Shown here: in pieces, positions 1 to 20,400 of the stretch
How the letters are laid out: every line of letters starts with the position of its first letter
How positions within the stretch are numbered: position 1 is the stretch's first letter
NCBI GenBank assembly: GCA_950097015.1
Contig: CATNEN010000025.1
Span: forward strand, 4,526,001-4,590,000
Source: Macrostomum hystrix
Lineage: Eukaryota; Animalia; Platyhelminthes
Length of the DNA stretch: 64,000 bases
Reading direction: 5' to 3'
Position numbers and translations under genes: made by a program
The notes under the pieces: model-generated
Seen by the model: the letters and a program-made list of their open reading frames with translations, nothing else
Database searches by the model: none
Told to the model about the DNA's origin: nothing

Positions 1-3000
1 GTCAGCGAAGACGTCGGCGGACCAGTCGCCGCCCATTGTGGCCGAGGGCAGCAGCCTGGACACGAACCGGATCGCAGGGCAGGTGCGCGACCTCCTCAGC
101 TCGCACGGCATCGGGCAGCGGCTGTTCGCCAGACACGTGCTCGGCCTTTCGCAGGGCACCGTCTCAGAGCTGCTGAGCAAGCCGAAGCCATGGGAGAAGC
201 TGACGGAGAAGGGCCGCGAGAGCTACAGGAAGATGAGCGGCTGGGCAGCCAGCTCGGACAATGTGGCCTCGCTCAAGGCGTTGAGTCCGCCAAAGAAGGC
301 GGCGCCAACTGGTTGGTTGCCATGGAAACAGCCAAGATTAGTTTTTGAAAGTAGAAAGGCCAATCGCCATGAAAATCCTGAGCAAATTTTCCGCTCTATT
401 GAATGAAACAACTTCCAGAATCACAAAACATCGGCATCGTCAAGATATTCAACGATTCTCGTCGGGGTGTCTGGTGGCAAAAAACACGAATATCGGCATA
501 ATTTTCTGCTCTCCGACAAGAATCGCTGCTGAATATCTCGACGATGGCGATGTTTTGTGATTCTGGGGAATCAGGGGGAAAAATAGCGTGGTTGCATCAT
601 CTAAACCCATTTGGGCCACACACTGCAGCTGCTGAGCTGTGTACTGCTGTTCAGTCCATGGACCGATGCACCCACACAAAATCAAGGTTGATGCATTTTT
701 TCATTGGGCATTCCCCTGAGCACAGACTCACATGTCCTTTGTAACTAAAACTCTAATGAGTCACCATGCAACAATCATTTTCATACTCAATATTTATTGC
801 AGTCTCCATGGCAACACCAACCACGCCAGGTTCTCCTCAATCGTCACCGCTCTCTCCTCCGCCGCCTTTGCTGCCGCAGTCGCAGATTCAGCCACAGCCA
901 CAGCCACAGCCACAGCCACAGCCACTGACACAGCCACAGCAGCAGCAGCAGCAGCAGCAGCAAGCAACAGTTCAGACGTCGCCTTCGTCAGTAATTTTTG
1001 TCAGCGGAGGCGCCGGACAGCCAGCGGGCACTCGGGAGGCCGCTGAGACCGAGGAGAAAATCTGCCGAATCCTTCGAGAAGCCAAGGCTGCCATGGAAGG
1101 AGCCGCTGCCGCAGCCGCAGCCGCTGCTTCAACGACCTCAACGCCGACGACAACAACATCGGCACTCAGTGTGACATCAGCTTCAACGGATGACATTGGC
1201 ACAGCGACAACGACAATAATTGCCCGTCAGCAGCAGCAGCAGGTTTGCCTTGTTGCAAAGAAATCAGTGCCCCAGTCCACCTCAGCGCCAATTCAGCAGC
1301 AGCAGCATCAGCCACTGACTGAGAACCAAGCAGCCAGTTGCATCACGACAGTGAAACGGCTGATAGAGACAACATCGGACGATGCCAATATTACCAAAGG
1401 AATTGTGAGGAGAATCTACTACGAACAATTAATAAAGGCGCTTGCGCAGGTGAGAAAACTCATGTCGGCAACTAGCTACTATCAGTAGGGTAATGCGGAG
1501 AAAAACAGAATGAAAATTATATTCGAATGTTTCCAGGCCGAGAGCTCGCCTGTCCCAGTGGGCGACGCGGCTGCCGCCACAGTTGAGAAGCTTCGCTGTG
1601 AGATTCGCGAATTGGAAGCCGCCCATCCGGAGCTCAAGGAGACCAAGCGGCTGAACTCAACGGCTGCCGGTGCCACCGCTGCGCCGAAGCCTCTACTGCA
1701 TCAGCAGCCGCAGCAGCAGCAGCCCGTGATTCTTCAGCAGACAAGGCCAACAATCTCATTGATTGCTCCAAAGTCGGAGCCGCGACTTGCCACGCCGCTA
1801 GCGTCGTCTGCGTCAAGCGCATCCGGGATGTCGGTGCCAGCAGCCCGACTGACGGCCAGCCCGCCTGTCACCGAGGCCGCGAGAGTCATCGACACCGAAG
1901 ACCTAGTCCGCCGGATCAAGGAGGTGCTGGGCCAGCATTCGATCAGCCAGCGACTGTTTGGAGAGCACGTAAGAGCCGAGATAATTATTAGCGCTGAGAA
2001 ACACGATCAATCAACCAATCTGTCAATCAATCAATCAATCTGTCAGTCAGGCAACCAATAATTCAATCAATCAATCAATTAATTAATTAATCAATCAATC
2101 AATCAATCAACCAATCAACCAACCAATCAACCAATCAACCAATCAATCATCAGTCGATCAATCAATCAAATAATCAATCAATCAATCAGTCAATCAATCA
2201 ATCAATCTGTCTGTCATTCAGCCAATAAATAATTCAATCGGTTCAGTTTCGCTATAAAAATATAAAAACTGTGAGTTTGACAGAATTCTCAATCAACTCA
2301 ACAACTTATCCAGGTGCTCGGCCTGAGTCAGGGCTCAGTGAGCGACCTACTGGCTCGACCCAAGCCGTGGTCTGTCCTGACCCAGAAAGGTCGGGAGCCG
2401 TTCACCCGGATGCGACGGTTCCTGGACGAGCCTGGCTCGGTGGGCCGGCTTCTGGCGGCGGTCAGCGCCACGGCCCAGGCGCCGCCGATGCCTGCCGGAG
2501 GCAGCTTCGCGACGGAGTCGACTTTGGCAACATCGGTGTCGGCGATTTCGTCTGCCAACTCGACGGAATCGATGGACGGATGCGCTGAGGCGGGCGACAT
2601 CGACACGCTGGAACTGAGCAGGATAGCTTTGCAGGTGAGCAACTGTCAGAGTGACTGCGAGAGTGACTGTCAGAGTGACTGTCAGAGTGACTGGCAGAGT
2701 GACTGTCAGAGTGACTGTCAGAGTGACTGTCAGAGTGACTGTCAGAGTGACTGTCAGATTGACAAATAGGGGGACTAAAGTGCTTTCAGAGCAGCAGCAG
2801 CAGATCATTTATTCACGAAAATCTCCCCGCCCATAGCTGATGTCTCAGCTGAACATCGATGCTCAGGTTCTGGCCAGCTCTGTGCTGCAGGTCGACGAGG
2901 CCCTAGCCAGCCAGCTGCTGACTTGCCCGGAGCCCTGGGCCGAGCTGAAGATCGAGGAGGAGCGCGAGTTCTATCGAAGGCTAAACAGCTGGCTGACTGC

Positions 3001-3939
3001 AAACTGCTCCGCTGCAGCCAAGCAGCCACCGCCGCTTGAGCTGAGGGGTGAGCAGCCACCTTCAGGGACTGATGGAATGCACCTTCAGGGACTGATGGAA
3101 TGCACCTTCAGGGACTGATGGAATGCACCTTCAGGGACTGATTGGATGCACCTTCAGGGACTGATGGGATGCACCTTCAGGGATTGATGGAATGCACCTT
3201 CAGGGACTGATGGGCAGCACTTTCAGTGACTTCAGGGGAAGATAGGACAGTAGCTTCAGGTAGAGTTGAGAACAGTAGCATCAGGTAGAGTTGAGAACAG
3301 TAGCTTCAGGTAGAGTTGAGAACAGTAGCTTCAGGGAGAGTTGAGAACAGTAACTTTACACAAACCCAACCAATTAACTCTACAGTTGCCAGGAGGTGCG
3401 CGGCAGATTCAGCAGCCGTGTCCGACTGCAGCTCAGATGCTGCTCCACCCAAGAAGGGTCGCTACTTGTTCACCGAGTTGCAGAAAGACGCTCTGGCGAA
3501 TGCCTTCCACCGGGACCCTTATCCCTCTGCTGAGCAGGTGGAGGCTTTGGCCAATGACTTTGATTTGCCATTGAAAACTGTTTCCAATTGGTTTCACAAC
3601 CATCGGATGCGCAGTAAAACGGCAGCAGCTTCTAGACTATCGGCACCGTCGGTCGTCGATTTCTCCGTCAACGGCGGACTCGACCTTCGACTCGAACTGA
3701 AACGCCGGCGGCAAATTTTCGCGCCGACAATTTCCTCAACAACGCCAGCAGTGGAAGACGAAGTCCAAGATGAGGAGGATAATATCGACAACTATTCGGA
3801 CGAGATGTGCTCAAGTCCGCCTCCGCCACCGCCGCCTCCGCCTATCAAGGTGTCGACAACGGTGGTTGCGGCCACTGCGGCGCGTCGAAAGTCATCAAAA
3901 CCCATGAGGCTGCTGACTAACACTGCTGCAGACTCGTAG
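1..3939 (+). CDS. cut/Cux: cut/Cux-class CUT-homeobox transcription factor, 5' end outside window; exons <1-311, 803-1449, 1537-1968, 2314-2634, 2837-3047, 3386-3939
   Basis: CUT1 ([38 protein letters not shown]). CUT2 is split by an intron (SQRLFGEH|[19 protein letters not shown]). CUT3 is degenerate. Homeodomain KKGRYLFT...[13 protein letters not shown] has the cut-type His50. All five introns are GT-AG with matching phases (1,0,0,0,1). Confidence 0.93.
2005..2212. repeat. (ATCA)n microsatellite, cut intron
   Basis: Imperfect aatc/aacc tetramer run inside intron 1969-2313. Confidence 0.9.
2641..2758. repeat. 12-bp minisatellite (gagtgactgtca), cut intron
   Basis: About 10 tandem units starting about 6 nt after the donor at 2635; source of the CQSD/VTVR pseudo-ORFs. 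Confidence 0.93.
3058..3235. repeat. 23-bp minisatellite (cttcagggactgatggaatgcac), cut intron
   Basis: About 7 units beginning about 10 nt after the donor at 3048. Confidence 0.9.
3248..3350. repeat. 25-bp minisatellite (gtagagttgagaacagtagcttcag), cut intron
   Basis: About 4 units directly following the 23-bp array. Confidence 0.85.
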
Positions 3940-3952
3940 CTGTCACCTGTCA

Positions 3953-4128
3953 TTTGTCTCTGTCTCTCTGTCTCTCTGTCTCTCTGTCTCTCTGTCTCTC
4001 TGTCTCTCTGTCTCTCTGTCTCTCTGTCTCTCTGTCTCTCTGTCTCTCTGTCTCTCTGTCTCTCTGTCTCTCTGTCTCTCTGTCTCTCTGTCTCTCTGTC
4101 TCTCTGTCTCTCTGTCTCTCTGTCTCTC
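3953..4128. repeat. (TGTCTCTC)n 8-bp repeat just after the cut stop codon
   Basis: About 21 perfect units. Confidence 0.95.
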
Positions 4129-4739
4129 AATCGTTAAGCGTCTGTTGTCTCTTCGACTTTGAGCTTGTGAAACTATTGCATGTCTTTTATTCGTCGGTAC
4201 TACTAACCAGTAGCACATTCCAAATACTTTGTCGTATTCAATAAATAATCTGGTTTAGCAACACTAACTTTTCTAGACTATATCACGAGTAATCAACCAA
4301 TCAATGCTTGTGTATGCATTCTGATCCGATCGAAGTTCTGTTGTATTGTGAATTCAGCAACTTGTCCTGCTGAGTTAGTTAGTTTTACTCAGTGCTTAAA
4401 ATTAGACTCTAAGTTTTACAAATGTTATGCCGATTTCACATTACTCAAATTATAGCACATTACTATGAAAGATTAAAGTTTAGTTGAAGTATCATTGTGT
4501 AGCACTAATCAGTGATAAGTAAGACTTCTATAGGCCAATATGTACTATAATTTGTGTGCTCTCTGCTTAATATACTACCTGTCCACTTATGTACATAAAT
4601 ACAAGCTTATTAAAACACAATCTGTTCTTGTCTTCATGTTACTATACTAAGAATGTTTTGCATAACTAGTGTATAACGTCATGTAGCTGAAATGATCAAC
4701 GATTACCAGTAAATCAAATGGGTGGAAAAGATTGAATTA

Positions 4740-4746
4740 GTAGCAA

Positions 4747-4781
<35 letters not shown>

Positions 4782-4799
4782 AATAGTAGTAGTAGTAGC

Positions 4800-4839
<40 letters not shown>

Positions 4840-4906
4840 ATAGTAGTAGTAGTAATACTAGTAGTAGTAGTAGTAGTAGTAATAGTAGTAGTAGTAGTAG
4901 TAATAC

Positions 4907-4943
<37 letters not shown>
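4740..4943. repeat. (AGT)n microsatellite
   Basis: About 67 triplets with a few interruptions. Confidence 0.95.
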
Positions 4944-4944
<1 letters not shown>

Positions 4945-5400
4945 CAATGCGAGAATTGCCTTTATCACTACTTTTCTTACCAATGCTACTTATGATAAGC
5001 GTACTTTTCGACGTCCTCTGCCACATCCATCGGTCACTCTGTGTGCTCACTTGTTAAGGAGCCTTATTTCTCACCTGCAGTCAGTCTGAGCAGCTACTTT
5101 GAGAAACGGCACCTAAGCAGTTCATGCATAACTTATGTAAAATAAGCGGAGGCCGGGCTGTGGCACTGGGCCAGGCGGGTAATCTCGCCTATTTTTAGCC
5201 CCACAAACTCTCATTGGCCGGTGCCGCGAGAAGTTTCACCCCACCCCAAGGAAGGCCAACAAATTCTTATTTATCCTAGCACAGAAAATAGCATCTCACA
5301 ACAGCTTAGTTCAATATCAATTCACTCGCATTAACTGATTTGCTTCAAGGCAAAACTCTGTGAGTCGGCGATCTTTCATGCAGTTTTTGGAGACTTTCTG

Positions 5401-5512
5401 CGGGAGAATTGTAGGTGGGAGAATTGTAGGTGGGAGAATCGTAGGTGGGAGAATTTTAGGTGGGAGAATCGTAGGTGGGAGAATTTTAGGTGGGAGAATT
5501 GTAGGTGGGAGA
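5401..5512. repeat. 15-bp repeat (gggagaattgtaggt)
   Basis: About 7 units with a degenerate continuation to about 5590. Confidence 0.88.
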
Positions 5513-5758
5513 GCTTTTAGTGAGATAATTTTTGGTGGGATAATTGTTAGTGAGATGATTGCTATTGGGAGACATGTTTTTGGGAAATCATTATAGCGTG
5601 ACGTGAAAATTGTTATCATACAAAAGTATCCTAAACAGTGTATATTTTGCATCTGCGCCCGAAAAATTTTCTAACTCAAAGGTATTAGTCGGTACACCAA
5701 TCCGCGAGGTCAACAAGAGTCAATTACGAGCTAAATTGAATAAATCGGTGCGTCTAAA

Positions 5759-12996
<7,238 letters not shown>

Positions 12997-14472
12997 CAAT
13001 ATTGTTACTATAGTTCATGGCTAGCATTGATGCTTTCTGTTCGATAATTTAATGCGGACCCTAAATAAAATTCAGTGACTGTGTACGTTTCGTTGTTGAT
13101 AAATGTAATCAATATAAATGTGATTTATGAAAACTCCCAATTAACAAAATTGTGCACGCTTTAACTCTCTCTATTTTACAAGAACGCTAATAAACATGTT
13201 TTCTTAAATACACACATAGTTATGGTATTCTAATTAAGTTTCTGCTTTGAAATGTTAAGTAGCTTAAAATCTAAAAATCTTAAGACGAAACTCTAAATGT
13301 GTCTAAACCGATTTTTTAGACAACGAATGCGAAAGACAATGGGAAGAAGTTAAAAGACGCATTTCATTGAGATCCGGAAATCTAAGTATTATAATAAATA
13401 TAGTGAAATAGTGAGGGACAGAGAGCGCAATGCAATAATCAAGTAATCGCGAAATAAACACATGACAATTAAATAAAAAAATACTTCTACAAATAACAAT
13501 TATTGATACAAAAACTTTGCGTCATTTGTCGGTACGAATTCAACTTAACTTAAGGGGCAGAATTTAATTAATTTAAGTTATAGTCAGACAGACGCACAAC
13601 GCAGTCTATTTTCAAAACTCTTAATGTGTACGCAAGATATATAGATTTCCTAAAATTTTTATTTATCATGGTTATGGAAAGTTAATTATTCTTTATCCTT
13701 TACTGGTACCATTGTCATTATTTATGCCGTAAAATAGCTCGTATTAGCGTTAACAGTATACTTTTTACTGTTTAGGCCGGTTTTTATTTGAGATTGATTT
13801 GAAGTTTGTCCTAGATGTGTCCCAGATGTTACATTATAGGCAGGCTTTGTAATAATTTTCCAGAACTTTATATCGCTCACAGGATCAGAGAAAACAAGAA
13901 CCATTAGTAATACATTTGATATATCATCGGTTTAGATTACTTAACTTTTACCACTTAAAGCGTTATAGGTAATTTAATGTGGGTTGCTTGGTATAGTTTG
14001 ATAATTTTAATATTGAATGTATAAATTAGCCTTTTTAAGTCATGAGATTAAAGATTCAACTATTGGTTGTAATCAATCTTCTATCATTGTTTTGATTAGC
14101 CCATAATTAAGGCGTTTAGAATTGCAATAGGAAATGTATTTATGATTGTCTGGGCTTTCAATTAGATTTCGATTCGAATTAACTTATATTTTTCAATGGA
14201 AATTAATATCTAATATAACGTAAGTGAATCTACTTATTTTTTGCTTTAGTTAAAAAATATTCAGCTCAATTGTCTAAACCTTTAAGGACCAAGTTTGTTT
14301 GTGAAAATTTAGTTTTTGCATTTCTTTAGAATTTCTATTTTAGAATTTAAATTTCGAATTCAAATTTTTAATCTGAATTATTACCCAGAAATAATACCAA
14401 CAGAATGTGATTTAAATAATAATTATTATTTAAATGGTTGCTAAAAATAGTTTTACAGCTCCATAGCCCACG

Positions 14473-17400
14473 ATGGAGCGCGGCACTCTAGTATCGTTGG
14501 AAGACCTGATCACTTCTCGGGCGGAGCCATTCAATGACAACGACCTCATAGCCCTGTGCCACTCGGCTGTCTCGGCCCTGCAGTCGCTTTCAATTCACTT
14601 CTCTCACATTGTTTCATCGTTCACTATTTCGCCAGCGTCGCTGCTGTTTAGTGAAAATGGTGAAGCTAGCTTCAACTTGCAGATTGAAGGTGAAGTATTT
14701 TTATCAGTTAATGCGTTTTTGTGTAACATTTTTTTAAATGTTGTCGGCAAACTTCAATGCCTCGAGGGCCAAAGAGTGAAACCTAAATACAACACGCAGA
14801 GAATCAGTCAGGAAATAAAAATATAACGAATAATATTCGCCGAATAATTGTAGCAAAACTGTACAGTAAAGATAAAAAGCCAAGAAAGATAATAAGAGAT
14901 TGGTAGAGAGACACTCGCCCTCATCTCTTTTAGCAAGTGGTCTCAGGTGTCAGTCTCGGTTGTGGGTTCACACAGCTCGGATTAAATTGCAAAGAGAATA
15001 GCTAATTGTTTTATTTAGAGTTTGAAAACGATGCCTGATTCAACTATGTTGGCTGTGTTGGCTTGAAAACAAGCCTAAGTAATTGAAGTCTTCGTTGATC
15101 TGTTGGGTGCAAAGGGTTTGCTGAACAAAATTAGTTTGTTGTATTAGAAAAATAATACCGAATAAATTCGATTAAATGAGAAAGAGCCCACCTCGTCCCG
15201 ACACCCACCTCACTCCAACAACCACCTTACTCCAACATCCACCTCACTCCGACACCCACCTCACCCCAACACCCACCTCACTCGAGCACCCACCTCACTC
15301 CAACACCCACCTCACTCCAGCACCCACCTCACTCCAGCACCCAACTCACTCCAACACCCAACTCACCCTGAAACCCACCTCAAATTAACACCCACCTCAC
15401 CCCAAAACCACCTTAAATCAAAACGCATCACAAACGATAACTAGTTCACTTGAGAACTACGAGCTCTGAGAAAAACCCCAACTCGGAAACGACCATCTGA
15501 GTGTATTTAATGACTGAGACCATCTTCATTATATGTTGAAAATCTTTAAAGTCTGTCAAAATCTTACCACCAAAATAAATACCTCACTTAACAAACTGTA
15601 GAGACCGATCAAGCCTTCCTGGCCCCCGAGGTGTCTCAAACAGAGAGCGGCATCTTTGCCGACGTCACCATCGATAGCGAGCTTGCCCACGTTTACTCAC
15701 TGGGCGCCTGCTTGCACTCGTGCTGTGCCGCAGAGCTGACTGGCGCCGCAGCACGGCGACTTTTTCGTCGAATGCGCGACCCTCAGCCGGTTAGACGGCC
15801 TAGCGTATCGCAGCTCCTGGCTGAGTGTCGCTCGCTGCTGCCGGACTCGCCACGACGGCTGGCAGGCATCATTGTCCGGCGACACTTGCGGCAGACCGCT
15901 GAGGTTGAGCCAGACTTTTCGGGTGAGAAAAGCCAAAACCACCTCCCTCCAATACCACTTCACTCCGACACCCACCTCACTCCGACACCCACCTCACTCC
16001 AACAACCACCTCACTCCAACACCACCTCACTCCGACAAGCACCTCACTCCAACAACCCACCTCACTCCGACACCCACCTCACTCCGACAACCACCTCACT
16101 CCGACAACCACCTCACTCCGACACCACCTCACTCCAACACCACCTCACTCCGACAACCACCTCACTCCAACAACCCACCTCACTCCGACACCCACCTCAC
16201 TCCGACACCCACCTCACTCCAACAACCCACCTCACTCCGACAACCACCTCACTCCGACACCACCTCACTTAGATACCAACATTTCTCTGACACCTACCTC
16301 ACGAGCTAAACCCACTCAATGAGGAGTAAATAATTTTGGCATCTTCAAATGAATTTCAGAACTCGACATTGATGCTATTCGTCAATCACAGGCACCGGAG
16401 CTGCCTGTAAGTGCAAAGACATCTCCGGTGCTACAATAGCCAATAGCTTTCTAGATATAAAGGTATAGTTTTCACAATAAAACTACAGGCACAACAACAA
16501 GCCACATTGAACGAGCTGGACAACTGGGCCTTCGGTTCGGGCAAAGGCGGCGTTGTGCGCTGCTCAACGGAATGCCTAGCTCTGCTGCGCGAGTTCTGCA
16601 TGGCCGCCCTGCAGTTTGACCCAGCTAGCAGCCAGCTCTGGGGTGAGTCCAATCCTGTCCCCGTGTTCTTCTACTCAACCTGTCGCTCTTAAACATCTGT
16701 CAATTGCAACCAATACAGTTCACGGTCTGTCCTTGGATAATTTCGTTCTGGACTCAACTGGCCGCTGTCGCCTACAAGACTCGAGCAGCGGTGGCCGAGG
16801 ATTCAGCGGCCAGCTGAGTCCACTGCGCTGGCTACCGCCGGAGTACTCGAGCAGCGGGCTGGCCACAGACTATGAGAAGACCGTAGCCTATGCCATCGGC
16901 GTCGCCCTGCTAAACGTCCTTGACGTTTTCGACGACGACGATGACGGCGAAGGCTACGACGACAATGGCAACGGTTTGGAAGCTAGGAGGCGCCAGGAGA
17001 CGGAGTTCGGGCCCCGTAGCCTGGACCCGGTGCTGTACTCCATTCTGGAGTCGCTGTGCCACGATCGGTCAGACAGGCGGCCCGCTCTGGCTACCGTGCG
17101 CGACTGGTGCAGCGAGCTGGAGGGCCAGTGCCCGGGTGGCGGCTATCGGCGGGTTCTGGCGGCCATGTTTGCCAGGCTGCACAGCCAGAGACAGAGCAAG
17201 CAGCGGCAGCAGCAGCAGCAGCAGCAGCCACCTCCTCTACCGGCAAGGTATTGTTAATTCCATTAGGAAAATGCTGAAGTGATTCTCTGAAATAGCTCGC
17301 TGGTAGATTTTAAACATTGTACGAGCTGCGTCTCTCGTTGGGGTCGGTATGGGCGTGATTGTGCTGACCGTGATTTCCTATTCTAAGTTTTCTAATTACT

Positions 17401-20400
17401 TGATTACCTAGTACCTAGACGTCGTATCTATTCGTAGTATTCTTGTACCTAGCAAATGACACTTTTCAACCTTAATCAATGGTAGGACTGCCAAAGAGTC
17501 AGCACGTTTGAGGCTGATGCAGCAGCAGCAGCAGCCTCAGAAGCAGCAACAGCAACAGCAGCATCCGCCGCCGCCTCCACAGCGCCGAATTATTCAGCAG
17601 CCGCAGTCCCAGCAGGCAAAATCCTGGCTACCGCCCGCATTCACCAGCCGACTGACTCACTTCACGCCGATAGATGCTCGAGCCGACGATGAGAATAGCG
17701 ACGCCTGGACTGCAACCACTTCTACGGCAACTGCGGTAGCTGCGGCAGCGGCTGCGGAGGCCGCCTCAAAGCAGCAGCTGGCCGAGCGGCTGCGACTTCT
17801 GGCACGCGAGAATCGACGCAGGGTTCTTGACGGGCGCCTCTGCCTGGAATCCATGGAAGCCGACTCGACTCCCATCGACTGGGGCCAGCATCAGAACGTC
17901 ATGGCAGCCAGCTATCAGTTGCTGACACCGTTGGCCGCTGATGAAACGGCCGAAACGGACCTCAACATCTCCAGCGTCGGCTTTGACGATGATCCCGGCG
18001 GCGGGCGATTCCTGCCGACTGCGACGGCTGAGTCAACAGCCAGCACTCGACAGCTGGCTCGGTACAAGAACAGACAGTCAGTGCCACCGGTACGTAGCCG
18101 TGCACATTGAACATGCCTGCATTAATAGTGTATCTATAATTTATTACACCTGTCCGAATCGGGCCGAATGTGCAGCCCACAACAAAGGCCCAGCTCATCT
18201 GATGGCTGCGTACGGCTGTTAAATTCGCTCGGGTACGACTGGGGGGCGCCACCTCTTAATTACCTCAGCTCAAACTGCTACTCATTTAACAGCTGGGTGA
18301 ACCGGAGCAGTGCAGAGTTGTCTTGCTAAAGATAAAAAATAGCTCCGTGTAGTCGTGAATCGAACTCCCGACCTTCAAATTGTGAGTCCGGACGGCTCTA
18401 ACCCACTAGGCAACAAACGCTTCTGAAAGAATAATGTTAAGCTGTGTCACGACTTACCGCAGGTGATTGTGAGCTTAATAATGCTTGTAATAATAAAGTG
18501 CAGGAGGGCTGTGGGCAATGGTACATCATTTGGTGACACTAGACCCGCAGCCAGCGAGGAGGCAATTCTGCCCATTCCGCTGACTCCTGAGCACACACAC
18601 ACACACATAGATACCGTACGCAGGCACACACTCACACAGGTGTGTATATCTGTCCTTTGACTTTCTCATCGTCAGGCAGTGTACACTTCACCGGGCCTTG
18701 GAGGTTGGCCCTCAACGGCGCGAATCGCAAGACAAGCCCCCAAGCCTTCTCTTACGCCCCAAAAGAATGTGGCCTCGCCGCCGAATCGAGCTCAGGGACC
18801 TTGGTGCGAGAGGCAAACGTGTTAACCGCTCTGCCACCGACCCACTGATTGTGAGCTTTGTTTTTGTTCAGTTTTTGAGCACCTAGCCCACCAAACCCGA
18901 TCCGCAGTCGTCCTACATCAGCCACAAGGCCTACTCGGACCCGGTGGTTGCAGAGCACTGGCTGACGCGCACGCCGCCGCGCCCGATTGCGCGCAACATT
19001 CGCGACGTCGATCTGGTCGAACAGCCGCCATCGCATGGAGCAGCTGTCGCTGCAGCGGCGCATCGCGACTCGCCAAATGCCGATTCGGGAGTGAGCATCT
19101 CTGCTAATCACCAGATTCAGCAGTTGCAGCAGCAGCAGCGGTTCTCTACAGCAGCGGCCGGTCAATACGCAACTCCGATGGAGCGGCTACTTTCGAATGA
19201 CGCGGTGCACTACCAGCACACCCTGGCAAGCGTGATCCGCCTCCTACACCGGGAATTCTCGCTAGACGGCTGTCCGGGGGTCGACCTGCCGCTGTTAGCC
19301 GAGTACATTGTCTCGCTAGTGAACCTGTCCTGGGCCACTTTCACTAGCGCAGTCACCGAGAGATTCCCGGATCTTTATTGGAGCGACGACCTGCTCAGAG
19401 CATGCTTCGGAATCGTCAACACAGGTCGGGAACCACCGCCGCCTTTGCAGTCACAGCCGCAGCCACCGCCGACATTGACTACCAATCAGCTACCGATACC
19501 TCAGCCCCTAGCAACGATAACGATTCAGCAGCAGCAGCAGCAACAGCCTCCGAAGCCAGCGACCCCTGCACCGCCTGTTCCTGTCCAAACGAAGCCGAAA
19601 CTGTCACCTTCTCCGCCGCCACCTCCAGCGAGGTCGTCGATTACAGAATCATCTGATCACACCGATCTGCAATGGCGACTGCAGCAGCTGCGCCAGCAAC
19701 TGGTTCTAACAGCGAAGGACGTTGCCAAGGTGAAGAAACTCAGCCGACAACAGCCAGGTGGCAGCCGGTCTTGCAGGTGTGCCCGGTGTTGCTGCGAGAG
19801 ATAATTTTACTGTAATAAATGATGCCAATGCAGAAACCCCAACTTAGTTTCACCTTTAGTGCATAGGTTTTCCTCACTCGATATGATGCACTTTAATCGA
19901 TAAATTTCCTCAGGCGGGATTTAGCTGCGCTGACGGCTCGCATGGAATACCTGGAGGCCAGCTGTCGCCAAGCTGAGGCTTTGTACGCCGACAACCAGGG
20001 CTTACCACTGAGTCTCTGCCAGAGCCTGGCAGGTTGCCTTCGCAGTGGCAGCCAGTTGCAGCTGGTTAGCAATGCTGATTATTCAGAGGCGAAGGTGGCT
20101 TTTAGGCGAGGCCTGGTGCACTCGGCTGATCCCGATTGTCTAGCCGCCCTTCTATTTTGCCGGTAAGAATTCAGGAAAGACTGAAAGGCACTGCCAACTG
20201 CAAACAAACTGCCAAAGGAAGTCTTTCTAATTTTCATTAGCAACAATATCGTCACAACGATAACTTACTGTGCAGTTCTTTTGTGGGCTGAGTATAAAAT
20301 AGTTGTTGCAAGTCTTCTACAATCGAGATCTCGTGGTGTAGTGGTTATCACATCTGTCTAACACACAGAAGGTCCCCAGTTCGAGCCTGGGCGAGATCAT

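Noticed and set aside
16392-16406. 15-nt KNDC1 micro-exon
   Set aside because: Phase-incompatible with the strong donor at 15923; the upstream acceptor giving exon 16360-16406 restores the frame.
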